Positions 10,135 to 20,598 are shown, counted from the first letter of the stretch. The stretch is DNA of 64,000 nt from Abiotrophia defectiva (GCA_963546405.1 CAUUNL010000001.1:19261-83260), one strand, 5' to 3'. Program-made: numbers and translations. The notes: generated from the letters alone by a model not told the origin.

Positions 10135-10875
10135 ATGATTCATGTGATTAAGACACAGGATCTAACGGTCAGTTATGACAATCAAGTGGTCGCTTTAGAA
10201 GGGGTAAACCTGGAATTAACAGGTCCGACCATTACCGGCATTATTGGGCCCAACGGTGCTGGTAAATCTACTTTTGTCAAAGCAATCTTGAATATGGTAG
10301 ACCATGACGGCCAGATTTTTCTGGACGGGGTGCCTGCCACGAAGATGCTGAAGAAAGTAGCTTATGTCGGCCAAAAGAGCGACATTGATTTCAACTTTCC
10401 AATTAAGGTCAAAGAATGTGTCTCCTTAGGCACGTATAGTAATCTCGGTATTTTCCGCAAGGTAAGTAAGAAAGAATGGAATAAAGTTGAAAAAGCGCTC
10501 GCCCAAGTTGGCTTGAGTGACTTCGCTAACCGACAAATCTCAGCCCTCTCGGGTGGTCAGTTCCAACGGGTTTTAATGGCGCGTTGCCTAGTTCAAGAAG
10601 CAGATTACATCTTCTTGGACGAGCCCTTTACTGGGATTGATTCGGTCAGTGAAGAGATTATTATGAAGATCTTGAAGGACCTCAAGAACCAAGGCAAGAC
10701 CGTCTTGATTGTCCATCATGATTTGCATAAGGTACGGCGTTACTTCGATCAGTTGATTATCATCAATAAGCAACTGATTGCTGTAGGACCTACTGAGCAG
10801 GTATTTAATGACCAAAATATGAAGGCCGCCTATGGCGACAGCGTCTATTTTGGTGCGGGAGGTGACCTAGTATGA
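10135..10875 (+). CDS. Mn/Zn/Fe ABC transporter ATP-binding subunit (PsaB/ScaC-like)
   Basis: [27 protein letters not shown]. Confidence 0.95.
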   Translation: MIHVIKTQDLTVSYDNQVVALEGVNLELTGPTITGIIGPNGAGKSTFVKAILNMVDHDGQIFLDGVPATKMLKKVAYVGQKSDIDFNFPIKVKECVSLGTYSNLGIFRKVSKKEWNKVEKALAQVGLSDFANRQISALSGGQFQRVLMARCLVQEADYIFLDEPFTGIDSVSEEIIMKILKDLKNQGKTVLIVHHDLHKVRRYFDQLIIINKQLIAVGPTEQVFNDQNMKAAYGDSVYFGAGGDLV

Positions 10876-11720
10876 CCTTGATTCATGACTTTATTGAGAA
10901 TGTGACAACCCTGCATTATATGCAGAATGCGCTAGTCACCGCCATTGTCATTGGGATTGTCTCAGGGGCTGTAGGGTGTTTTATCATCTTAAGAGGGATG
11001 TCCCTGATGGGGGATGCTATCTCTCACGCGGTATTACCAGGGGTCGCCTTGTCCTTCATCTTGGGGATTAATTTCTTCGTTGGGGCCATTGTCTTTGGGC
11101 TTTTTGCCTCCATGATTATTACCTTCATTCGAGGAAATTCAATTATCAAGGGGGACACAGCGATTGGGATTACCTTCTCCTCCTTCTTGGCCTTGGGGGT
11201 CATCCTGATTGGCTTGGCCCGGAGTTCAACAGACCTCTTCCATATTCTCTTCGGGAATATCTTAGCGGTTCAAGATTCTGACAAGTGGATTACCATTTGG
11301 GTTTCCGTAGCGGTGCTGATCGTCATCATCCTCTTCTTCAAGGAGTTGCTGATTACGTCCTTCGACCCGCAAATGGCTAAAGCCATGGGTATGAAGGTTA
11401 ACTTCTACCACTACCTCTTAATGATTCTCTTGACCTTAGTGTCTGTAACGGCCATGCAAAGTGTCGGAACCATCCTGATTGTGGCCATGCTTATTACACC
11501 TGCTGCCACCGCCTATCTCTACGTCAATAGCCTTAAGTCTATGATTCTCCTCTCATCGACTTTGGGGGCTGTGACTTCAGTATTAGGTCTCTTCCTCGGG
11601 ACTAGCTTCAACGTGGCGGCCGGCTCCAGCATTGTACTCACCTCAGCTGTGATTTTCGCGATTAGCTTCTTCATCTCTCCAAAACAACAATTCTTTAGAA
11701 AGCGGGTTTTACGCAAATGA
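10872..11720 (+). CDS. Mn/Zn/Fe ABC transporter permease (PsaC/ScaB-like)
   Basis: [28 protein letters not shown]. Confidence 0.95.
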   Translation: MTLIHDFIENVTTLHYMQNALVTAIVIGIVSGAVGCFIILRGMSLMGDAISHAVLPGVALSFILGINFFVGAIVFGLFASMIITFIRGNSIIKGDTAIGITFSSFLALGVILIGLARSSTDLFHILFGNILAVQDSDKWITIWVSVAVLIVIILFFKELLITSFDPQMAKAMGMKVNFYHYLLMILLTLVSVTAMQSVGTILIVAMLITPAATAYLYVNSLKSMILLSSTLGAVTSVLGLFLGTSFNVAAGSSIVLTSAVIFAISFFISPKQQFFRKRVLRK

Positions 11721-12634
11721 AACACAAGCTAATGAAATTAGTGGCACTCTTAACGGTATTGTTTTGTTTGGTACCAAGCGTGAGCGCCCAAGATAAAAAA
11801 CTCAAAGTTGTCGCAACCAACTCCATTATCGCCGATATAACCAAGAACATCGCAGGTGATAAAATCGATCTTCACTCCATCGTTCCGGTAGGTCAAGACC
11901 CTCATGAATATGAACCACTACCTGACGATATTAAGAAGACTACCCAAGCTGATTTAATTTTCTACAACGGCATTAACTTGGAAACTGGGGGCAATGCTTG
12001 GTTCACTAAATTGGTTCAAAACGCCAAACGAGTGGAAAACAAAGACTACTTCGCAGTCAGCGAAGGCGTAGAAGTCATTCACTTGGAAGGTGAGGGCGAG
12101 ACCGGTAAGGAAGACCCTCATGCTTGGTTGAACTTGGAAAATGGGGTAATTTACGCTAAAAACATTGCTAAACACCTGATTGAAAAAGATCCAAGCAACA
12201 AGGACTTCTACCAAAAGAACTTGGATGACTATGTTGCCAAGTTAGAAGCTTTGGACAAGGAAGCTAAAACTAAGTTTGATGCTATTCCGGAAGAGAAGAA
12301 AATGATTGTCACTAGCGAAGGCTGCTTTAAGTACTTCTCTAAAGCCTACAATGTACCATCAGCTTACATCTGGGAAATTAACACCGAAGAAGAAGGCACA
12401 CCTGACCAAATTCGTGATTTGGTTAAGAAGCTCAAAGGTTCTAAGGTATCAGCTCTCTTCGTAGAATCAAGTGTGGATGACCGTCCAATGAAGACCATCT
12501 CTAGCGAGACCGGTATTCCAATCTACGCTAAAATCTTCACTGACTCTATTGCTGAAGAAGGCCAAGATGGCGACAGCTACTACTCTATGATGAAGTATAA
12601 CTTAGATAAGATCTCAGAAGGTTTAGCTAAGTAA
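11717..12634 (+). CDS. Mn ABC transporter substrate-binding protein (LraI/PsaA family)
   Basis: [44 protein letters not shown]. Confidence 0.95.
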   Translation: MKHKLMKLVALLTVLFCLVPSVSAQDKKLKVVATNSIIADITKNIAGDKIDLHSIVPVGQDPHEYEPLPDDIKKTTQADLIFYNGINLETGGNAWFTKLVQNAKRVENKDYFAVSEGVEVIHLEGEGETGKEDPHAWLNLENGVIYAKNIAKHLIEKDPSNKDFYQKNLDDYVAKLEALDKEAKTKFDAIPEEKKMIVTSEGCFKYFSKAYNVPSAYIWEINTEEEGTPDQIRDLVKKLKGSKVSALFVESSVDDRPMKTISSETGIPIYAKIFTDSIAEEGQDGDSYYSMMKYNLDKISEGLAK

Positions 12635-12645
12635 ACAAAATTTTC

Positions 12646-12695
12646 GCATCTGTAAAGTAAAAATACTTTACAGATGCTTTTTTATATGTTAGACT
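12646..12695 (+). terminator. Terminator of Mn ABC operon overlapping the rpsP promoter
   Basis: GCATCTGTAAAGTA/TACTTTACAGATGC stem plus T run; TTTACA(12667)-17 bp-TAGACT(12690). Confidence 0.7.
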
Positions 12696-12729
12696 AGGTT
12701 CTGTAATCAATTGAGGAGGTGAAATTAAC

Positions 12730-12993
12730 ATGGCAGTTAAAATTCGTTTGAAACGTATGGGTTCTAAGAAAGCACCTTTCTACCGTATCGTTGTTGCTGA
12801 CTCACGTTCTCCACGTGATGGTCGTATCATCGAGAAAATCGGGCACTACAACCCATTAACTAACCCAGCTACTTTAGAAGTTGAAGAAGAACTCGCATTG
12901 AAATGGTTATCAAATGGTGCGCAACCATCTGACACCGTGCGTAACCTCTTGTCTTCAAAAGGCATCATGAAGAAATTCCACGAAAGCAAATAG
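12730..12993 (+). CDS. rpsP: 30S ribosomal protein S16
   Basis: [11 protein letters not shown]...[16 protein letters not shown]. Confidence 0.99.
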   Translation: MAVKIRLKRMGSKKAPFYRIVVADSRSPRDGRIIEKIGHYNPLTNPATLEVEEELALKWLSNGAQPSDTVRNLLSSKGIMKKFHESK

Positions 12994-13028
12994 TCTCGAG
13001 CAGTGTTCTAGATAAAGGATGATGAGAT

Positions 13029-13292
13029 ATGGTAAATATTGAAGCATTAATTACTGCAATCGTGAAGCCGCTCTTGGACCACCCAGAAGATTTTGGTGTG
13101 GAACAAGTAGAGACAGATGACTTCATGGAGTATCATTTGCACTTGAATCCGCAAGATGTAGGGCGTGTGATTGGTAAGAAGGGCCGTGTAGCCCGCGCCA
13201 TCCGAACTATCGTCTACAGCGTTAAGACTCGTGGTCGCAAGCGGTCACGCATTGTCATTGCTGACCATGCGGAAGAAAGTTCAGCAGAATAA
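13029..13292 (+). CDS. khpA: KH-domain RNA-binding protein KhpA (YlqC)
   Basis: DVGRVIGKKGRVARAIRT; follows rpsP. Confidence 0.93.
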   Translation: MVNIEALITAIVKPLLDHPEDFGVEQVETDDFMEYHLHLNPQDVGRVIGKKGRVARAIRTIVYSVKTRGRKRSRIVIADHAEESSAE

Positions 13293-13294
13293 TC

Positions 13295-13316
13295 AAGCGC
13301 CCTTAGGGGCGTTTTT
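13295..13316 (+). terminator. Short intrinsic terminator after khpA
   Basis: AAGCGCCC-ttag-GGGCGTTTTT. Confidence 0.65.
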
Positions 13317-13339
13317 CTATATTCATTAGGAGGAAATCG

Positions 13340-14302
13340 GTGAAGAAAGAAGAAAGAAAAAAGCTTAAAGAAGTATATGGCTGGCGGACATGGGCCGGTA
13401 GTGGCCTCTTACTGTTCTTATTAATTTTTACGTTCTTTGCTTATCTGGCCCTCCTTGCGACCCAACCTCAAGCCCTTTTGGCAGGCCAGGAACCTTTCCC
13501 AGAAAGCTCGAGCAAGCATGTAGTGGTAGAAGCAGAGTCGATCTTTCTCTTGGCTGAAGAGGATAATGTGGCCATCTACCTTGTCTCAGCCGCTAAGGTA
13601 AGAGATAAGCCTTACCTAGTCTTGGTCGCTAGCAAAGATGATCCGGATGTCGCCGCTGCTCGCCTCAAGACCTATGGCGCGCTGCTCAATGAGCCTGCCA
13701 AGCTGATTGGGGAAGTGGATAAGAGTGACGCGGCCAAGAAACTCTTAGATACGATGGCAGATAATAGTGAAACGGGTCTTCCATACCGTGATCAGCTATG
13801 GACGGAATATCTGGTTAACATGAAAGACTATCGTCAGTCACAAAGGACCATCCATTGGTTAGCTTACGGTTTTACAGCAGCCAGTGTCTTGTGTATCTTA
13901 TGGGGCTTGTTCAATCGCTACCGTCGACGTCAGTTCTATGGCCGTCTCTATGAACATTTCCCTGAACTCAAGGGCCAGCTTGACCACTTGCAAGTAGCCA
14001 GTGACTATGCAGATGACTATCGTGGCCTCTACCTCTACAAAGACAGTTTGATTTGCTTGGGGCTGCGTATGGCCGTTCTGCCTATCAACGAGCTAGTCGC
14101 TTTGACCTTGAATAAGGTAGTTTCGCAGGGCCGTTACGGGACAAAGCAAGTTAACTACTTCTTCCGAGCACGAGATGTGGAGGGACAATTCCATACCTTT
14201 AGAGCCTATCATGGTCGCAAGAAAACTCTGGCGGAAGACTTGGAGACCTTCCTAGTTGTCATAGGGCAACGCTATCCTGAATTGCAAATCGCTTCTAAAT
14301 AA
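13340..14302 (+). CDS. Two-TM membrane protein, paralog 1 of 5
   Basis: AGGAGG RBS with GTG start; FPEL...GLYLYKD motif shared with the next four ORFs. Confidence 0.85.
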   Translation: MKKEERKKLKEVYGWRTWAGSGLLLFLLIFTFFAYLALLATQPQALLAGQEPFPESSSKHVVVEAESIFLLAEEDNVAIYLVSAAKVRDKPYLVLVASKDDPDVAAARLKTYGALLNEPAKLIGEVDKSDAAKKLLDTMADNSETGLPYRDQLWTEYLVNMKDYRQSQRTIHWLAYGFTAASVLCILWGLFNRYRRRQFYGRLYEHFPELKGQLDHLQVASDYADDYRGLYLYKDSLICLGLRMAVLPINELVALTLNKVVSQGRYGTKQVNYFFRARDVEGQFHTFRAYHGRKKTLAEDLETFLVVIGQRYPELQIASK

Positions 14303-14306
14303 GCTT

Positions 14307-14330
14307 AAGACGCCTTTGAGGCGTCTTTTT
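14307..14330 (+). terminator. Intrinsic terminator
   Basis: AAGACGCCT-ttg-AGGCGTCTTTTT. Confidence 0.8.
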
Positions 14331-14487
14331 CATTTGGCGGGTCATATGTCTCAGAGCCTTTTAGCGAGCTCAGTGCTTTTGTTAAGGGAATCTTTCTTAT
14401 TAAGTAAGAAATCGCTTGAAAATATCTGTACAAATCCATGAAAGGGGTTTATAATAGAGCTATACTTAAGGAGAAAGAAGGGTGTTT

Positions 14488-15462
14488 ATGAAGGAAAAGA
14501 ACTTACGTGGCCTTTGGGCAACTGTTTTACTCACCGTTTTGTTTGGTGGATTTGCTATTTTAATGTGGTTTATAGGTGGGATTGCAAGTAGCCCTCAGTA
14601 TGTTGTGGACCGGGGTGGCCTCTTCCCAAGTAATTTTGGCCAAAATGTAGCCATCAAAATGGAGGCTATCCAAGAAATTGGCGCCATTAAAGGTGATGAT
14701 AAGGCCGGAATGTACTTAGTTCAATCCGGGGATAAACTTGTTGCCCTTATAGCGTCCAAGGATGATGCAGATATTAAAGCTGCCTTAGCCGCTCAGGAAA
14801 AAGGTGAATTAGCTAATAGTCCTGTCCTTGTAGCAGGGGATAAGGCTGATAACTCAAGTGCCAAGGACAACATCTCTAAGATTCGTCAAAACCTTAAAGC
14901 AGAAGTTCAGTCGTCCTTAAATGGTTCCTATCTCATCGATGTCCAAAAGCATAAATCAAATGCCCAAATGCTTATGTACGGTGCCTATGGCTTTGGTGCG
15001 ATTACCTTGTTCTTCATCGGGCTCTTTGCCTTCAATGTTTCCCGCCGTAAGAAAGCCTATCGTGAGCTCTATGCCCAATTCCCAGAATTGGAAGGCAACT
15101 TGGATCTCTTGGTATCAGGTGGACAATATGCTGACAGCAAGCGTGGCCTCTATGTCTACAAGGACCACCTCATTGCTTTAGCTCAACGAAACACCATCGT
15201 GCCTGCCAAGGATGTCCTCTACCTGGTGGCTGTTAAACAAACCATTCAACAGGGGATTGCTAGCCATGTCAACTACACGGTTGAAGCCTATGATAAGAAC
15301 TTCAAGAAACATGTTCTCAGCACATTATTAGGTTCTAAGAAGACCTATGATGATGATGTCAATGCCTTTACTTACTTCGTAGATCAGCACTACCCTGAAA
15401 TTCTAGTGGGTGCTGATCATGCACCAGAATACCAAGCATTGAAAAATGCTGCAGGTCTTTAA
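14488..15462 (+). CDS. Two-TM membrane protein, paralog 2 of 5
   Basis: LYAQFPEL...GLYVYKDHL...YPEILVG; TATAAT at 14450. Confidence 0.85.
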   Translation: MKEKNLRGLWATVLLTVLFGGFAILMWFIGGIASSPQYVVDRGGLFPSNFGQNVAIKMEAIQEIGAIKGDDKAGMYLVQSGDKLVALIASKDDADIKAALAAQEKGELANSPVLVAGDKADNSSAKDNISKIRQNLKAEVQSSLNGSYLIDVQKHKSNAQMLMYGAYGFGAITLFFIGLFAFNVSRRKKAYRELYAQFPELEGNLDLLVSGGQYADSKRGLYVYKDHLIALAQRNTIVPAKDVLYLVAVKQTIQQGIASHVNYTVEAYDKNFKKHVLSTLLGSKKTYDDDVNAFTYFVDQHYPEILVGADHAPEYQALKNAAGL

Positions 15463-15475
15463 TAAGCCCTCACCG

Positions 15476-15506
15476 GGAGAGTCAGCCTTAGGGCTGGTTC
15501 TTTTTT
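15476..15506 (+). terminator. Intrinsic terminator
   Basis: GAGTCAGCC/GGCTGGTTC stem plus T run. Confidence 0.65.
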
Positions 15507-15577
15507 GCCTGTAATGGCTTCACACTGACTTCTAAAAAGGGTATAATGAATTTATCATTTAAGAAAGAAGGTAAGTT

Positions 15578-16588
15578 ATGAAACGCAATAATCTACGTAA
15601 TGTTTGGCCTTATTTAATTTTTGCCATGATTTGCGCTGCCCTTGGTGGCTTCCTCTTCTATAAGAGTCAGAATTCAAGTGCTGACCAGTTTGTAGAACAA
15701 GGCTTGGTCTATCCTAAGACCGAAGCTCTGACGGGGCATACAGCAGTAACCATTAAGGAAATTATTCCTGTTTTGGAGATTACCATCACAAAAACAAAAA
15801 ATGGGGTAGTAGTGTCTGAAAACAAAAATACAGGATTGGTTGCTTACTTGGTCTCTGACGGCGAGCGGGCTTTTCCAGTAGTCTTACATGATGATTCCAA
15901 AGTAGTTAAAATCCTAGAGGAACGGATTAAGGCTGGTCAACTGGAATCTAATCCCCTAAACGTTGTGGCTTATGCCTCAAAAAGTAAGGATGACCTGCAA
16001 ATTGCAGAAAAAGTTATCCAACGTGCTGATGTTGATGCTTCTGTCAAATCAGGCTATGATGATTCTGCGCTCCTAGATGTGGCAGAAGCTGAGAGCCGTC
16101 TCAACATCATGCTTTTCGTAAGCTTTGCCTTAGGCGCAGCGGTTCTATTATTGCTACTTACCGCTCTCTGGAAATACTGGAAAAATACTAAGTTCTACAG
16201 TACCTTGTATGATCACTTCCCAGAATTAGCTCAAGACTTGGATAAATTAGTGACCGACAGCGACTTCCATAGCCCTGAGTTAGGTCTCTATGTCTACAAG
16301 AATCACCTGGTAGTGATTGGGGGTAATGATCGTATCATCGACTTGACTCAAATCATCTATACTTATGCAGTCCGTCAAACCAATAATTCAGTGGTTACCT
16401 TCCAAGTTCACTTACATAATAACCAATTCCGCCGTCTTGTGGTCAAACCGCGTCGCTATCAAAGAGATTTCACGCAATCTATGTTAGATCGTCTCATGCT
16501 CTACTTGCAAGAGGCTTATCCATCTATGTTGGTAGGCGTTCAACATGCGACCGATTATAAAGAATTAAAACGTCAAGCACGTGGCTAA
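15578..16588 (+). CDS. Two-TM membrane protein, paralog 3 of 5
   Basis: LYDHFPEL...GLYVYKNHL...YPSMLVG; TATAAT at 15542. Confidence 0.85.
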   Translation: MKRNNLRNVWPYLIFAMICAALGGFLFYKSQNSSADQFVEQGLVYPKTEALTGHTAVTIKEIIPVLEITITKTKNGVVVSENKNTGLVAYLVSDGERAFPVVLHDDSKVVKILEERIKAGQLESNPLNVVAYASKSKDDLQIAEKVIQRADVDASVKSGYDDSALLDVAEAESRLNIMLFVSFALGAAVLLLLLTALWKYWKNTKFYSTLYDHFPELAQDLDKLVTDSDFHSPELGLYVYKNHLVVIGGNDRIIDLTQIIYTYAVRQTNNSVVTFQVHLHNNQFRRLVVKPRRYQRDFTQSMLDRLMLYLQEAYPSMLVGVQHATDYKELKRQARG

Positions 16589-16605
16589 GCCATAAGTGAC
16601 TAAGC

Positions 16606-16633
16606 AAAGGACTGGGGTAACCTGGTCCTTTTT
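16606..16633 (+). terminator. Intrinsic terminator
   Basis: AAAGGACTGGG/CCTGGTCCTTTTT. Confidence 0.7.
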
Positions 16634-16697
16634 GATAGTGGTGATAAGACAGACACTCTTGTATAATAGACATAGTAGCTATGGAAGGAGGCAAACT

Positions 16698-17675
16698 ATG
16701 AAAAGATATAAATTAATGAAGCTCCTACCTTATTTAATCGTGGTGGCTATCTGCCTCTTAATTGGGGGTGGCCTTGCCTTTATTAGCCAAGTGACGAGCG
16801 CGGATAGTCTCCGTGCCCAAGGTTTGGTCTATCCGAAGGTCTCTAGAGTCAGCCGTCTGACTGCTGTCCCAGTAACCAGAATCACTTATGTCTCCGCCGT
16901 TAGCAATATGGTAAAGGAGCGAGGTAAGATTGTCTATCGCGATGATAAGACCGGAATGAGTCTTTTCCTAGTTAGTGATGGGGGATTGGATATTCCGATT
17001 CTATTCCGAGATGACTCTTCACTTCTTCCTATGCTCACAGAAAAAAGCGATCAGGGGCAACTCGCGAATGAACCCTATTATGTCATGGCCATGGTGGATG
17101 ACAGTGACAAGAGCAAAGAATTTCTACAATCAATCGAAAGCTATGTCACCAATAAGACGGGGCAGCGTGTCTTTATAAGTGGGACCTTGCTTAATCAAGA
17201 CAAGGCGGAAACCTACATTCAATCCATGAAGTTAGGGAGCTATCTCTTCTTTGCTTTAGCGCTGGCGGTATTGGGCTTCACAGCCTATCGCTATAGTGCC
17301 ATGCGAAGTTTCTGGAGCCAAGTTTACCAAGCCTTGCCAGAGCTAGCAGAGGACCAAGATTTGCTAGTGAGTCAGAGCCAGTTCAAGTCTAAGCAACTGG
17401 GACTCTATCTCTACCGGGACTATCTTATTGTATTAGGCGCCAAAGAACGCTTGATTGACCTTAGCACGGTATTGGGTTTAAATCTGAACAATGAAAGCAA
17501 CAATGGCAGCTTGAAGAGCCGGCTAATCCTCTATTATGACCGAGATCAGTTTGAAACAGTTAAACTTCGCCCCTATCCAGAGAAGGAGGCGCGTGCCTTC
17601 CTAGAAGGTCTGATGGCCCATCTTGAAAAACACCATCCGCATATCCTGCTAGCTGATGAGCGTTTAGCTATCTAG
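16698..17675 (+). CDS. Two-TM membrane protein, paralog 4 of 5
   Basis: AAGGAGG RBS before ATG 16698; GLVYPK and LPEL...GLYLYRDYL motifs. Confidence 0.85.
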   Translation: MKRYKLMKLLPYLIVVAICLLIGGGLAFISQVTSADSLRAQGLVYPKVSRVSRLTAVPVTRITYVSAVSNMVKERGKIVYRDDKTGMSLFLVSDGGLDIPILFRDDSSLLPMLTEKSDQGQLANEPYYVMAMVDDSDKSKEFLQSIESYVTNKTGQRVFISGTLLNQDKAETYIQSMKLGSYLFFALALAVLGFTAYRYSAMRSFWSQVYQALPELAEDQDLLVSQSQFKSKQLGLYLYRDYLIVLGAKERLIDLSTVLGLNLNNESNNGSLKSRLILYYDRDQFETVKLRPYPEKEARAFLEGLMAHLEKHHPHILLADERLAI

Positions 17676-17747
17676 GAGTTGGCTAGACAAGGAAAAGGCA
17701 GTTGGTTATAATAAAGTAACGAATAATAACTAGAAAGAAGGAATTCT

Positions 17748-18734
17748 ATGAAACCCAACTTTAAGCGTGGCGTGATTAGTCTTGTGATTTATGGTTTGTT
17801 GCTTTTAAGTGCAGCCGGCTTCTTCCAATATATAGCGACCCAATCAACACCGGAGAAGTTAGCTAGCCAAGGCTATGTCTATCCTAAGACTAGCGATACC
17901 AAGACCAGTAGCAAGACCACCTTCGCAGTAAAAGCTATTTACAGAATTAAAGATACTAAGTACGGAAAACAACCCTTTGTCATGGCCGATGATAAGAGCC
18001 TTCTGGCGACTGAGGCAAAGCCAGATTTAGCCATTATTAAAAAGCTAGAAGAAGCGCAAGAAAAGGGCACCTTAGCAACCAATCCGATTACGATTATGGG
18101 GGAAGTCGAGGAGCTCAGTAGCGTTTCCTTCCAAAACACTAAACACTCTCTAGAAAAGCAAGAGCCTGGAGTGACAGACAATAAGGAATTTGAGATTAAG
18201 AAACTCAACCTAACCAGTGTTGCTAATGTTGAAAGCACTGGTACTACCATGACTGCTCTGACTGCACTAGCAGGTGTGGCTTTCTTGGCCTATGCAGTCT
18301 TCCGTTATGCAAGCAATAAACGCTTCTACGACCAACTCTTAGTAACCTTCCCTGAGCTAGGTCAAGATGATCAAGCCTTACGTAAGGGCGCAACCTACTA
18401 CGAGAAGGATTTGGGTGTCTATGTCTATAAGGATCAGATGATTGTCATGGGGCGTAAAAATTCAATTGTGGACTTGTGTGACATTATCTATAGCTATGTC
18501 TATAAGGAAACCAGACGCTTTAACCTCTACAAGACCGTCAAGTTTGTGGTTTATCTCCATACCAAAGACTTCAAACGCTTAGCTGTCTTCCCAGCCAAAC
18601 ACACAGTTAAAGATACTGAAGCCAAGTTAAATCGACTGATGGAATATCTAGATGCCAGCTACCCTCAAATGTTAGTCGGATTTGACCATAAGGACGAATA
18701 TATGGCCCTCAAACAAGCAGCGGGCCGTCGCTAA
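17748..18734 (+). CDS. Two-TM membrane protein, paralog 5 of 5
   Basis: GYVYPK, FPEL...GVYVYKDQM...YPQMLVG; TAGACA(17684)-17 bp-TATAAT(17707). Confidence 0.85.
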   Translation: MKPNFKRGVISLVIYGLLLLSAAGFFQYIATQSTPEKLASQGYVYPKTSDTKTSSKTTFAVKAIYRIKDTKYGKQPFVMADDKSLLATEAKPDLAIIKKLEEAQEKGTLATNPITIMGEVEELSSVSFQNTKHSLEKQEPGVTDNKEFEIKKLNLTSVANVESTGTTMTALTALAGVAFLAYAVFRYASNKRFYDQLLVTFPELGQDDQALRKGATYYEKDLGVYVYKDQMIVMGRKNSIVDLCDIIYSYVYKETRRFNLYKTVKFVVYLHTKDFKRLAVFPAKHTVKDTEAKLNRLMEYLDASYPQMLVGFDHKDEYMALKQAAGRR

Positions 18735-18743
18735 GACAACTAG

Positions 18744-18790
18744 AATCAGGCTCCCTTTCATGGTATACTGAGAGGGTAGGCCTGATTTTT
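18744..18790 (+). terminator. Terminator hairpin with an extended -10 (TGgTATACT) for rimM in its loop
   Basis: AATCAGGC...GCCTGATTTTT; TATACT at 18764. Confidence 0.55.
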
Positions 18791-18814
18791 ATTAGGCATA
18801 AAAGGAGGACAAGT

Positions 18815-19348
18815 ATGACTTATTATCGTGTAGCTCGTATTGTGAATACCTTCGGGATTCGGGGGCAACTCAAATTAATTGCCGATACTGACTTTCCGGA
18901 GGAGCGCTTTGCAAGTGGCAAAACCCTCTACATTTTGAAGGATTTGAACTCTCAACCGCTAGCCAGTGTTCAAGTTGCTAAGGCCGCTATCCATAAGGGG
19001 ACTTGGCTCATTAGTTTTGTTGGTTACGACAATATTAATCAGGTCGAAGGCTTCAAAGGCTGCTGGCTAGCCATTGACGAGAGTGAGCAGGATGAGTTAG
19101 AAGAAGATAGCTACTACCATCATCAACTCCTGGGCTTGGAGGTTGTCACCCTAGAAGGCAAGACCCTTGGCAAGATTAAGGAAATCCTACAGTTAGGTTC
19201 CAATGATGTCTTTGTCGTGCAACGTAATATTCCCAAGGCCAAGGACGCCTTAATTCCTTTTATTGGCGATGTAGTCAAAGCCGTTGACCTAGAAGCTGGA
19301 CAGGTTAAGGTTGAACTAATGGAAGGGCTGATTGACGATGAAGCTTGA
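18815..19348 (+). CDS. rimM: Ribosome maturation factor RimM
   Basis: [12 protein letters not shown]...YYHHQLLGL...GSNDVFVV...LIPFI. Confidence 0.97.
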   Translation: MTYYRVARIVNTFGIRGQLKLIADTDFPEERFASGKTLYILKDLNSQPLASVQVAKAAIHKGTWLISFVGYDNINQVEGFKGCWLAIDESEQDELEEDSYYHHQLLGLEVVTLEGKTLGKIKEILQLGSNDVFVVQRNIPKAKDALIPFIGDVVKAVDLEAGQVKVELMEGLIDDEA

Positions 19349-20069
19349 TGTCTTGACCCTCTTTCCTGAGATGTTTGAGCCCATGCATCATTCCTTGATG
19401 GGGCAAGCCCAAGCCAAGGGATTGATTGACTTCCAGACCCATAACTTCCGGGACTTTGCGGTCAATAAACATGGCCATGTAGATGATTATCCCTTTGGTG
19501 GTGGGGCAGGTATGTTGTTGCGGGTGGATCCCATTGTTCATATGTTAGAACATATCGCGCCCAAGGAAAATGCCCGCATTATCCTGATGGATCCAACCGG
19601 GGTGCCATTTAGTCAGAGTTTGGCCCAGGAATGGTCTCAGGCGGAGCAGTTGGTCTTTATTTGTGGTCACTACGAGGGCTTTGACGAGCGGGTGCGGTCT
19701 TTCGTAACCGATGAAGTTTCACTGGGGGATTATGTCTTAACCAATGGGGAACTGCCGGCTATGATTATGATTGATGCTACTGTGCGCTTGATTCCTGAAG
19801 TCTTAGGTAATGCGGAGTCTATTGTGGGTGAGTCCCACCAACGGTCACTCTTAGAGCATCCTCAGTATACCCGCCCACGAGACTTCCGTGGCATGGAGGT
19901 GCCAGAGGTACTCTTCAGTGGCCATCATGATAAGATTCGTCAGTGGCAGGGCAAAGAAGCTATCCGCCGGACTTTGGAACGCCGTCCGGACTTACTTGAA
20001 CAGGCCGATTTGTCCAAAGAAGAGCGCAAGTGGCTAGCTGAAATTCAGGCCGAAAAAAATGTCAATTAG
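19338..20069 (+). CDS. trmD: tRNA (guanine37-N1)-methyltransferase
   Basis: [43 protein letters not shown]. Confidence 0.98.
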   Translation: MKLDVLTLFPEMFEPMHHSLMGQAQAKGLIDFQTHNFRDFAVNKHGHVDDYPFGGGAGMLLRVDPIVHMLEHIAPKENARIILMDPTGVPFSQSLAQEWSQAEQLVFICGHYEGFDERVRSFVTDEVSLGDYVLTNGELPAMIMIDATVRLIPEVLGNAESIVGESHQRSLLEHPQYTRPRDFRGMEVPEVLFSGHHDKIRQWQGKEAIRRTLERRPDLLEQADLSKEERKWLAEIQAEKNVN

Positions 20070-20130
20070 GCTTTACAAATAGGCAGAGTTTGGTATAATA
20101 CTAGAAGTGGTGAAAAACCGCAGATATCAC

Positions 20131-20171
20131 AATATTCCGCTGGCTACGCCCTAGGGCTAGTTATGAGTGTT
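20131..20171 (+). ncRNA. L19 ribosomal protein leader (cis-regulatory RNA)
   Basis: AATATTCCGCTG...ATGAGTGTT hairpin between the promoter (TTTACA 20072/TATAAT 20094) and the rplS RBS, resembling the Firmicute L19 leader. Confidence 0.7.
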
Positions 20172-20191
20172 AGTCGAGAGGAGAAAAAAAC

Positions 20192-20539
20192 ATGAGTAAA
20201 GTGATTGAAAAAATTACCTCAGCTCAATTACGTAGCGATATTCCTGAGTTCCGCCCTGGTGACACTGTACGTGTACACGCTAAGGTTGTCGAAGGTTCAC
20301 GCGAACGTATCCAAATCTTCGAAGGGTTAGTAATCAAGCGTCGCGGTGCTGGCATCAGCGAAACTTACACAGTTCGTAAAATTTCGAACGGTGTAGGGGT
20401 TGAACGTACTTTCCCAGTACACACTCCACGTGTTGCTAAAATCGAAGTTGTTCGTAAAGGTCGCGTACGTCGTGCTAAGCTCTACTACATCCGTGCCTTG
20501 TCTGGTAAGGCTGCACGTATCAAAGAGCGTGGTCGTTAA
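20192..20539 (+). CDS. rplS: 50S ribosomal protein L19
   Basis: [10 protein letters not shown]...ERIQIFEG...GVGVERTFP...VRRAKLYY. Confidence 0.99.
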   Translation: MSKVIEKITSAQLRSDIPEFRPGDTVRVHAKVVEGSRERIQIFEGLVIKRRGAGISETYTVRKISNGVGVERTFPVHTPRVAKIEVVRKGRVRRAKLYYIRALSGKAARIKERGR

Positions 20540-20552
20540 CATACCGAAATAT

Positions 20553-20598
20553 AAAGAGAACTACCAGTCGTCTGATAGACGCTTGGTGGTTCTTTTTT
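20553..20598 (+). terminator. Intrinsic terminator after rplS
   Basis: AGAACTACCAG...TTGGTGGTTCTTTTTT. Confidence 0.75.

Noticed and set aside
13340..18734. Integron-like cassette array or CRISPR-like structure
   Set aside because: No conserved recombination-site repeat between the genes and no integrase; the pattern fits tandem duplication and divergence
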